This document shows positions 1 to 11,500 of a stretch of DNA of 64,000 bases, piece by piece. Both the position numbers and the translations under genes were made by a program. Under the pieces are notes generated by a model. The model was not told where the DNA came from and made no database searches. It worked only from the letters and a program-made list of their open reading frames with translations. This stretch comes from Eledone cirrhosa (lineage: Eukaryota). Location: the NCBI GenBank assembly GCA_964016885.1, contig OZ024749.1:17980001-18044000 (forward strand), in the 5' to 3' direction. Positions within the stretch are counted from its first letter, which is position 1. Each line of letters begins with the position of its first letter.

Positions 1-12
1 TAAAATAATCTA

Positions 13-24
13 TTTTTCGAAAAA
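13..24. other. Representative 12-bp perfect palindrome TTTTTCGAAAAA at 26-bp subunit junctions
   Basis: Self-reverse-complementary and contains TTCGAA (BstBI site). Created wherever an extra 26-mer is present. Confidence 0.9.
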
Positions 25-56
25 CCTAAAATAATCTATTTTTTTTATACTTTTCG

Positions 57-91
57 AAATATTTCAAAAATTGATTTTTTTTGAAATATTT
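57..91. other. Representative per-monomer 14-bp perfect inverted repeat (AAATATTTCAAAAA / TTTTTGAAATATTT, 6-8 nt loop); potential hairpin or cruciform
   Basis: Arm 57-70 is the exact reverse complement of arm 78-91. Present in most monomers across the window. Confidence 0.9.
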
Positions 92-759
92 ACTTCTAAT
101 TTCGAAAACGTAAAATAATCTATTTTTCGAAAAACCTAAAATAATCTATTTTCTTATACTTTTCGAAATATTTCAAAAATTGATTTTTTTGAAATATTTA
201 CTTCTGATTTCAAAAACCTAAAATAATCTATTTTTCGAAAAACCTAAAATAATCTATTTTTCGAAAAACCTAAAATAATCTATTTTTTTATACTTTTCGA
301 AATATTTCAAAAATTGATTTTTTTGAAATATTTACTTCTGATTCCAAAAATCTAAAATAATCTATTTTTCGAAAAACCTTAATTAACCTATTTTTTTATA
401 CTTTTCGAAATATTTCAAAAATTGATTTTTTTTGAAATATTTACTTCTGATTTCAAAAACCTAAAATAATCTATTTTTCGAAAAACCCAAAATAATCTAT
501 TTTTTTATACTTTTCGAAATATTTCAAAAATTGATTTTTTTGAAATATTTACTTCTGATTTAAAAAACCTAAAATAATCTATTTTTTTATACTTTTCGAA
601 ATATTTCAAAAATTGATTTTTTTTTTAAATATTTACTTCTGATTCCAAAAATCTAAAATAATCTATTTTTCGAAAAACCTAAAATAATCTATTTTTCGAA
701 AAACCTTAATTAATATATTTTTTTATACTTTTCGAAATATTTCAAAAATTGATTTTTTT

Positions 760-1115
760 GAAATATTTACTTCTGATTTCAAAAACCTAAAATAATCTAT
801 TTTTTTTATACTTTTCGAAATATTTCAAAAATTGATTTTTTTGAAATATTTACTTCTGATTTCAAAAACCTGAAATAATCTATTTTTCGAAAAACCTAAA
901 ATAATCTATTTTTTTATACTTTTCGAAATATTTCAAAAATTGATTTTTTTGAAATATTTACTTCTGATTTCAAAAACCTAAAATAATCTATTTTTTTTAT
1001 ACTTTTCGAAATATTTCAAAAATTGATTTTTTTGAAATATTTACTTCTGATTTCAAAAACCTGAAATAATCTATTTTTCGAAAAACCTAAAATAATCTAT
1101 TTTTTTATACTTTTC
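760..1115. repeat. 191-bp two-monomer doublet (83+108) marked by CCTGAAAT
   Basis: TGAAATAATC at 871 and 1062. The doublet recurs at ~14.1, 17.3, 33.8, 39.0, 52.2 and 55.5 kb; the same marker is single-copy at ~23.8, 27.9, 30.7, 35.9 and 62.1 kb. Confidence 0.75.
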
Positions 1116-4100
1116 GCAATATTTCAAAAATTGATTTTTTTTGAAATATTTACTTCTGATTTCAAAAACCTAAAATAATCTATTTTTCGAAAAACCTAAA
1201 ATAATCTATTTTTCGAAAAACCTTAATTAATCTATTTTTTTATACTTTTCGAAATATTTCAAAAATTGATTTTTTTTGAAATATTTACTTCTGATTTCAA
1301 AAACCTAAAATAATCTATTTTTCGAAAAACCCAAAATAATCTATTTTTTTATACTTTTCGAAATATTTCAAAAATTGATTTTTTTTGAAATATTTACTTC
1401 TGATTTCAAAAACCTAAAATAATCTATTTTTTTATACTTTTCGAAATATTTCAAAAATTGATTTTTTTTTAAATATTTACTTCTGATTCCAAAAATCTAA
1501 AATAATCTATTTTTCGAAAAACCTAAAATAATCTATTTTTCGAAAAACCTAAAATAATATATTTTTTTATACTTTTCAAAATATTTCAAAAATTGATTTT
1601 TTTGAAATATTTACTTCTGATTTCAAAAACCTAAAATAATCTATTTTTCGAAAAACCTAAAATAATATATTTTTCGAAAAACCTAAAATAATCTATTTTT
1701 TAATACTTTTCGAAATATTTCAAAAATTGATTTTTTTGAAATATTTACTTCTGATTTCGAAAACGTAAAATAATCTATTTTTCGAAAAACCTAAAATAAT
1801 CTATTTTTTTATACTTTTCGAAATATTTCAAAAATTGATTTTTTTGAAATATTTACTTCTGATTTCAAAAACCTAAAATAATCTATTTTTTTATACTTTT
1901 CGAAATATTTCTAAAATTGATTTTTTTGAAATATTTACTTCTGATTTCAAAAACCTAAAATAATCTATTTTTCGAAAAACCTAAAATAATATATTTTTTT
2001 ATACTTTTCAAAATATTTCAAAAATTGATTTTTTTGAAATATTTACTTCTGATTTTAAAAACCTAAAATAATCTATTTTTTTATACTTTTCGAAATATTT
2101 CAAAAATTGATTTTTTTTCAAATATTTACTTCTGATTCCAAAAATCTAAAATAATCTATTTTTCGAAAAACCTAAAATAATCTATTTTTCGAAAAACCTA
2201 AAATAATCTATTTTTTTTATACTTTTCGAAATATTTCAAAAATTGATTTTTTTTGAAATATTTACTTCTGATTTCAAAAACCTAAAATAATCTATTTTTC
2301 GAAAAACCTAAAATAATCTATTTTTCGAAAAACCTTAATTAATCTATTTTTTTATACTTTTCGAAATATTTCAAAAATTGATTTTTTTGAAATATTTACT
2401 TCTGATTTCAAAAACCTAAATTAATCTATTTTTCGAAAAACCTAAAATAATCTAATTTTTTGTACTTTTCGAAATATTTCAAAAATTGATTTTTTTGAAA
2501 TATTTACTTCTGATTTCAAAAACCTAAATTAATCTATTTTTCGAAAAACCTAAAATAATCTAATTTTTTGTACTTTTCGAAATATTTCAAAAATTGATTT
2601 TTTTTGAAATATTTACTTCTGATTTCGAAAACGTAAAATAATCTATTTTTCGAAAAACCTAAAATAATCTATTTTTTTGTACTTTTCGAAATATTTCAAA
2701 AATTGATTTTTTTTTGAAATATTTACTTCTGATTTCAAAAACCTAAAATAATGTATTTTTCGAAAAACCTAAAATAATCTATTTTTCGAAAAACCTTAAT
2801 TAATCTATTTTTTTATACTTTTCGAAATATTTCAAAAATTGATTTTTTTTGAAATATTTACTTCTGATTTCGAAAACGTAAAATAATCTATTTTTCGAAA
2901 AACCTAAAATAATCTATTTTTTTGTACTTTTCGAAATATTTCAAAAATTGATTTTTTTTTAAATATTTACTTCTGATTCCAAAAATCTAAAATAATCTAT
3001 TTTTCGAAAAACCTAAAATAATCTATTTTTCGAAAAACCTTAATTAATCTATTTTTTTATACTTTTCGAAATATTTCAAAAATTGATTTTTTTTGAAATA
3101 TTTACTTCTGATTTCAAAAACCTAAAATAATCTATTTTTCGAAAAACCCAAAATAATCTATTTTTTTATACTTTTCGAAATATTTCAAAAATTGATTTTT
3201 TTTGAAATATTTACTTCTGATTTCAAAAACCTAAAATAATCTATTTTTTTATACTTTTCGAAATATTTCAAAAATTGATTTTTTTTTAAATATTTACTTC
3301 TGATTCCAAAAATCTAAAATAATCTATTTTTCGAAAAACCTAAAATAATCTATTTTTCGAAAAACCTAAAATAATATATTTTTTTATACTTTTCAAAATA
3401 TTTCAAAAATTGATTTTTTTGAAATATTTACTTCTGATTTCAAAAACCTAAAATAATCTATTTTTCGAAAAACCTAAAATAATATATTTTTCGAAAAACC
3501 TAAAATAATCTATTTTTTAATACTTTTCGAAATATTTCAAAAATTGATTTTTTTGAAATATTTACTTCTGATTTCAAAAACCTAAAATAATCTATTTTTT
3601 TATACTTTTCGAAATATTTCTAAAATTGATTTTTTTGAAATATTTACTTCTGATTTCAAAAACCTAAAATAATCTATTTTTCGAAAAACCTAAAATAATA
3701 TATTTTTTTATACTTTTCAAAATATTTCAAAAATTGATTTTTTTGAAATATTTACTTCTGATTTTAAAAACCTAAAATAATCTATTTTTTTATACTTTTC
3801 GAAATATTTCAAAAATTGATTTTTTTTCAAATATTTACTTCTGATTCCAAAAATCTAAAATAATCTATTTTTCGAAAAACCTAAAATAATCTATTTTTTT
3901 TATACTTTTCGAAATATTTCAAAAATTGATTTTTTTTGAAATATTTACTTCTGATTTCGAAAACGTAAAATAATCTATTTTTCGAAAAACCTAAAATAAT
4001 CTATTTTTTTGTACTTTTCGAAATATTTCAAAAATTGATTTTTTTTGAAATATTTACTTCTGATTTCAAAAACCTAAAATAATCTATTTTTCGAAAAACC

Positions 4101-5235
4101 TAAAATAATCTATTTTTCGAAAAACCTAAAATAATCTATTTTTTTGTACTTTTCGAAATATTTCAAAAATTGATTTTTTTTGAAATATTTACTTCTGATT
4201 TCAAAAACCTAAAATAATCTATTTTTCGAAAAACCTAAAATAATCTATTTTTCGAAAAACCTTAATTAATCTATTTTTTTATACTTTTCGAAATATTTCA
4301 AAAATTGATTTTTTTGAAATATTTACTTCTGATTTCAAAAACCTAAATTAATCTATTTTTCGAAAAACCTAAAATAATCTAATTTTTTGTACTTTTCGAA
4401 ATATTTCAAAAATTGATTTTTTTGAAATATTTACTTCTGATTTCAAAAACCTAAATTAATCTATTTTTCGAAAAACCTAAAATAATCTAATTTTTTGTAC
4501 TTTTCGAAATATTTCAAAAATTGATTTTTTTTGAAATATTTACTTCTGATTTCGAAAACGTAAAATAATCTATTTTTCGAAAAACCTAAAATAATCTATT
4601 TTTTTGTACTTTTCGAAATATTTCAAAAATTGATTTTTTTTGAAATATTTACTTCTGATTTCAAAAACCTAAAATAATCTATTTTTCGAAAAACCTAAAA
4701 TAATCTATTTTTCGAAAAACCTTAATTAATCTATTTTTTTATACTTTTCGAAATATTTCAAAAATTGATTTTTTTGAAATATTTACTTCTGATTTCAAAA
4801 ACCTAAATTAATCTATTTTTCGAAAAACCTAAAATAATCTAATTTTTTGTACTTTTCGAAATATTTCAAAAATTGATTTTTTTGAAATATTTACTTCTGA
4901 TTTCAAAAACCTAAATTAATCTATTTTTCGAAAAACCTAAAATAATCTAATTTTTTGTACTTTTCGAAATATTTCAAAAATTGATTTTTTTTGAAATATT
5001 TACTTCTGATTTCGAAAACGTAAAATAATCTATTTTTCGAAAAACCTAAAATAATCTATTTTTTTGTACTTTTCGAAATATTTCAAAAATTGATTTTTTT
5101 TGAAATATTTACTTCTGATTTCAAAAACCTAAAATAATCTATTTTTCGAAAAACCTAAAATAATCTATTTTTCGAAAAACCTTAATTAATCTATTTTTTT
5201 ATACTTTTCGAAATATTTCAAAAATTGATTTTTTT
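4101..5235. repeat. 460-bp four-monomer HOR (134+108+109+109), ~2.5 copies, in a GTAC-variant domain
   Basis: Identical starts at 4201, 4661 and 5121. Monomers are marked by CCTAAATTAATCT, CTAATTTTTTGTAC and TTCGAAAACGT. Related domains lie at ~9.1-10.5, 20.5-22.5, 42.2-43.6, 47.3-48.7 and 58.6-60.8 kb. Confidence 0.85.
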
Positions 5236-5565
5236 TGAAATATTTACTTCTGATTTCGAAAACGTAAAATAATCTATTTTTCGAAAAACCTAAAATAATC
5301 TATTTTTTTGTACTTTTCGAAATATTTCAAAAATTGATTTTTTTTGAAATATTTACTTCTGATTTCAAAAACCTAAAATAATCTATTTTTCGAAAAACCT
5401 AAAATAATCTATTTTTCGAAAAACCTAAAATAATCTATTTTTTTGTACTTTTCGAAATATTTCAAAAATTGATTTTTTTTGAAATATTTACTTCTGATTT
5501 CAAAAACCTAAAATAATCTATTTTTCGAAAAACCTAAAATAATCTATTTTTCGAAAAACCTTAAT

Positions 5566-7400
5566 TAATCTATTTTTTTATACTTTTCGAAATATTTCAA
5601 AAATTGATTTTTTTGAAATATTTACTTCTGATTTCAAAAACCTAAAATAATCTATTTTTTTATGCTTTTCGAAATATTTCAAAAATTGATTTTTTTTGAA
5701 ATATTTACTTCTGATTCCAAAAATCTATTTTTCGAAAAACCTAAAATAATCTATTTTTTCGACATATTTCAAAAATTGATTTTTTTGAAATATTTACTTC
5801 TAATTTCAAAAACCTAAAATAATGTATTTTTTTTATACTTTTCGAAATATTTCAAAAATTGATTTTTTTGAAATATTTACTTCTGATTTCAAAAACCTAA
5901 AATAATCTATTTTTCGAAAAACCTAAAATAATATATTTTTTTATACTTTTCAAAATATTTCAAAAATTGATTTTTTTGAAATATTTACTTCTGATTTTAA
6001 AAACCTAAAATAATCTATTTTTTTATACTTTTCGAAATATTTCAAAAATTGATTTTTTTTCAAATATTTACTTCTGATTCCAAAAATCTAAAATAATCTA
6101 TTTTTCGAAAAACCTAAAATAATCTATTTTTCGAAAAACCTAAAATAATCTATTTTTTTTATACTTTTCGAAATATTTCAAAAATTGATTTTTTTTGAAA
6201 TATTTACTTCTAATTTCGAAAACGTAAAATAATCTATTTTTCGAAAAACCTAAAATAATCTATTTTCTTATACTTTTCGAAATATTTCAAAAATTGATTT
6301 TTTTGAAATATTTACTTCTGATTTCAAAAACCTAAAATAATCTATTTTTCGAAAAACCTAAAATAATCTATTTTTCGAAAAACCCAAAATAATCTATTTT
6401 TTTATACTTTTCGAAATATTTCAAAAATTGATTTTTTTTGAAATATTTACTTCTGATTTCAAAAACCTAAAATAATCTATTTTTTTATACTTTTCGAAAT
6501 ATTTCAAAAATTGATTTTTTTTTAAATATTTACTTCTGATTCCAAAAATCTAAAATAATCTATTTTTCGAAAAACCTAAAGTAATCTATTTTTTTATACT
6601 TTTCGAAATATTTCAAAAATTGATTTTTTTGAAATATTTACTTCTGATTTCAAAAACCTAAAATAATCTATTTTTTTATGCTTTTCGAAATATTTCAAAA
6701 ATTGATTTTTTTTGAAATATTTACTTCTGATTCCAAAAATCTATTTTTCGAAAAACCTAAAATAATCTATTTTTTCGACATATTTCAAAAATTGATTTTT
6801 TTGAAATATTTACTTCTAATTTCAAAAACCTAAAATAATGTATTTTTTTTATACTTTTCGAAATATTTCAAAAATTGATTTTTTTGAAATATTTACTTCT
6901 GATTTCAAAAACCTAAAATAATCTATTTTTCGAAAAACCTAAAATAATATATTTTTTTATACTTTTCAAAATATTTCAAAAATTGATTTTTTTGAAATAT
7001 TTACTTCTGATTTTAAAAACCTAAAATAATCTATTTTTTTATACTTTTCGAAATATTTCAAAAATTGATTTTTTTTCAAATATTTACTTCTGATTCCAAA
7101 AATCTAAAATAATCTATTTTTCGAAAAACCTAAAATAATCTATTTTTCGAAAAACCTAAAATAATCTATTTTTTTTATACTTTTCGAAATATTTCAAAAA
7201 TTGATTTTTTTTGAAATATTTACTTCTAATTTCGAAAACGTAAAATAATCTATTTTTCGAAAAACCTAAAATAATCTATTTTCTTATACTTTTCGAAATA
7301 TTTCAAAAATTGATTTTTTTGAAATATTTACTTCTGATTTCAAAAACCTAAAATAATCTATTTTTCGAAAAACCTAAAATAATCTATTTTTCGAAAAACC
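5566..7400. repeat. Local duplication with a 1,016-bp period
   Basis: TATGCT 5664/6680; GACAT 5761/6777; the match ends at 6385/7401. Confidence 0.85.
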
Positions 7401-8521
7401 TAAAATAATATATTTTTTTATACTTTTCAAAATATTTCAAAAATTGATTTTTTTGAAATATTTACTTCTGATTTCAAAAACCTAAAATAATCTATTTTTC
7501 GAAAAACCTAAAATAATCTATTTTTCGAAAAACCTAAAATAATCTATTTTTTTATACTTTTCGAAATATTTCAAAAATTGATTTTTTTGAAATATTTACT
7601 TCTGATTCCAAAAATCTAAAATAATCTATTTTTCGAAAAACCTTAATTAATCTATTTTTTTATACTTTTCGAAATATTTCAAAAATTGATTTTTTTTGAA
7701 ATATTTACTTCTGATTTCAAAAACCTAAAATAATCTATTTTTCGAAAAACCCAAAATAATCTATTTTTTTATACTTTTCGAAATATTTCAAAAATTGATT
7801 TTTTTGAAATATTTACTTCTGATTTAAAAAACCTAAAATAATCTATTTTTTTATACTTTTCGAAATATTTCAAAAATTGATTTTTTTTTTAAATATTTAC
7901 TTCTGATTTCAAAAACCTAAAATAATCTATTTTTCGAAAAACCTAAAATAATATATTTTTTTATACTTTTCAAAATATTTCAAAAATTGATTTTTTTGAA
8001 ATATTTACTTCTGATTTTAAAAACCTAAAATAATCTATTTTTTTATACTTTTCGAAATATTTCAAAAATTGATTTTTTTTCAAATATTTACTTCTGATTC
8101 CAAAAATCTAAAATAATCTATTTTTCGAAAAACCTAAAATAATCTATTTTTCGAAAAACCTAAAATAATCTATTTTTTTTATACTTTTCGAAATATTTCA
8201 AAAATTGATTTTTTTTGAAATATTTACTTCTAATTTCGAAAACGTAAAATAATCTATTTTTCGAAAAACCTAAAATAATCTATTTTCTTATACTTTTCGA
8301 AATATTTCAAAAATTGATTTTTTTGAAATATTTACTTCTGATTTCAAAAACCTAAAATAATCTATTTTTCGAAAAACCTAAAATAATCTATTTTTCGAAA
8401 AACCTAAAATAATATATTTTTTTATACTTTTCAAAATATTTCAAAAATTGATTTTTTTGAAATATTTACTTCTGATTTCAAAAACCTAAAATAATCTATT
8501 TTTCGAAAAACCTAAAATAAT
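6887..8521. repeat. Local duplication with a 1,004-bp period, overlapping the 1,016-bp one
   Basis: GATTTTAAAAAC T-run at 7011/8015; 6901 matches 7905; the match ends at 7518/8522. Confidence 0.8.
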
Positions 8522-11500
8522 ATATTTTTCGAAAAACCTAAAATAATCTATTTTTTAATACTTTTCGAAATATTTCAAAAATTGATTTTTTTGAAATATT
8601 TACTTCTGATTTCAAAAACCTAAAATAATCTATTTTTTTATACTTTTCGAAATATTTCTAAAATTGATTTTTTTGAAATATTTACTTCTGATTTCAAAAA
8701 CCTAAAATAATCTATTTTTCGAAAAACCTAAAATAATATATTTTTTTATACTTTTCAAAATATTTCAAAAATTGATTTTTTTGAAATATTTACTTCTGAT
8801 TTTAAAAACCTAAAATAATCTATTTTTTTATACTTTTCGAAATATTTCAAAAATTGATTTTTTTTCAAATATTTACTTCTGATTCCAAAAATCTAAAATA
8901 ATCTATTTTTCGAAAAACCTAAAATAATCTATTTTTTTTATACTTTTCGAAATATTTCAAAAATTGATTTTTTTTGAAATATTTACTTCTGATTTCGAAA
9001 ACGTAAAATAATCTATTTTTCGAAAAACCTAAAATAATCTATTTTTTTGTACTTTTCGAAATATTTCAAAAATTGATTTTTTTTGAAATATTTACTTCTG
9101 ATTTCAAAAACCTAAAATAATCTATTTTTCGAAAAACCTAAAATAATCTATTTTTCGAAAAACCTAAAATAATCTATTTTTTTGTACTTTTCGAAATATT
9201 TCAAAAATTGATTTTTTTTGAAATATTTACTTCTGATTTCAAAAACCTAAAATAATCTATTTTTCGAAAAACCTAAAATAATCTATTTTTCGAAAAACCT
9301 TAATTAATCTATTTTTTTATACTTTTCGAAATATTTCAAAAATTGATTTTTTTGAAATATTTACTTCTGATTTCAAAAACCTAAATTAATCTATTTTTCG
9401 AAAAACCTAAAATAATCTAATTTTTTGTACTTTTCGAAATATTTCAAAAATTGATTTTTTTGAAATATTTACTTCTGATTTCAAAAACCTAAATTAATCT
9501 ATTTTTCGAAAAACCTAAAATAATCTAATTTTTTGTACTTTTCGAAATATTTCAAAAATTGATTTTTTTTGAAATATTTACTTCTGATTTCGAAAACGTA
9601 AAATAATCTATTTTTCGAAAAACCTAAAATAATCTATTTTTTTGTACTTTTCGAAATATTTCAAAAATTGATTTTTTTTGAAATATTTACTTCTGATTTC
9701 AAAAACCTAAAATAATCTATTTTTCGAAAAACCTAAAATAATCTATTTTTCGAAAAACCTTAATTAATCTATTTTTTTATACTTTTCGAAATATTTCAAA
9801 AATTGATTTTTTTGAAATATTTACTTCTGATTTCAAAAACCTAAATTAATCTATTTTTCGAAAAACCTAAAATAATCTAATTTTTTGTACTTTTCGAAAT
9901 ATTTCAAAAATTGATTTTTTTGAAATATTTACTTCTGATTTCAAAAACCTAAATTAATCTATTTTTCGAAAAACCTAAAATAATCTAATTTTTTGTACTT
10001 TTCGAAATATTTCAAAAATTGATTTTTTTTGAAATATTTACTTCTGATTTCGAAAACGTAAAATAATCTATTTTTCGAAAAACCTAAAATAATCTATTTT
10101 TTTGTACTTTTCGAAATATTTCAAAAATTGATTTTTTTTGAAATATTTACTTCTGATTTCAAAAACCTAAAATAATCTATTTTTCGAAAAACCTAAAATA
10201 ATCTATTTTTCGAAAAACCTTAATTAATCTATTTTTTTATACTTTTCGAAATATTTCAAAAATTGATTTTTTTTGAAATATTTACTTCTGATTTCGAAAA
10301 CGTAAAATAATCTATTTTTCGAAAAACCTAAAATAATCTATTTTTTTGTACTTTTCGAAATATTTCAAAAATTGATTTTTTTTGAAATATTTACTTCTGA
10401 TTTCAAAAACCTAAAATAATCTATTTTTCGAAAAACCTAAAATAATCTATTTTTCGAAAAACCTAAAATAATCTATTTTTTTGTACTTTTCGAAATATTT
10501 CAAAAATTGATTTTTTTTGAAATATTTACTTCTGATTTCAAAAACCTAAAATAATCTATTTTTCGAAAAACCTAAAATAATCTATTTTTCGAAAAACCTT
10601 AATTAATCTATTTTTTTATACTTTTCGAAATATTTCAAAAATTGATTTTTTTGAAATATTTACTTCTGATTTCAAAAACCTAAAATAATCTATTTTTTTA
10701 TGCTTTTCGAAATATTTCAAAAATTGATTTTTTTTGAAATATTTACTTCTGATTCCAAAAATCTATTTTTCGAAAAACCTAAAATAATCTATTTTTTCGA
10801 CATATTTCAAAAATTGATTTTTTTGAAATATTTACTTCTAATTTCAAAAACCTAAAATAATGTATTTTTTTTATACTTTTCGAAATATTTCAAAAATTGA
10901 TTTTTTTGAAATATTTACTTCTGATTTCAAAAACCTAAAATAATCTATTTTTCGAAAAACCTAAAATAATATATTTTTTTATACTTTTCAAAATATTTCA
11001 AAAATTGATTTTTTTGAAATATTTACTTCTGATTTTAAAAACCTAAAATAATCTATTTTTTTATACTTTTCGAAATATTTCAAAAATTGATTTTTTTTCA
11101 AATATTTACTTCTGATTCCAAAAATCTAAAATAATCTATTTTTCGAAAAACCTAAAATAATCTATTTTTCGAAAAACCTAAAATAATCTATTTTTTTTAT
11201 ACTTTTCGAAATATTTCAAAAATTGATTTTTTTTGAAATATTTACTTCTAATTTCGAAAACGTAAAATAATCTATTTTTCGAAAAACCTAAAATAATCTA
11301 TTTTCTTATACTTTTCGAAATATTTCAAAAATTGATTTTTTTGAAATATTTACTTCTGATTTCAAAAACCTAAAATAATCTATTTTTCGAAAAACCTAAA
11401 ATAATCTATTTTTCGAAAAACCCAAAATAATCTATTTTTTTATACTTTTCGAAATATTTCAAAAATTGATTTTTTTTGAAATATTTACTTCTGATTTCAA

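Noticed and set aside
57-91. Hairpins read as rho-independent terminators, MITE terminal inverted repeats or structured ncRNA
   Set aside because: Stems are almost all A/T and are integral parts of the monomer. There are no target-site duplications or associated genes, and stem-disrupting variants (G to T, G to C, TTCTAAAA, CAAAGATT) show no compensatory changes.
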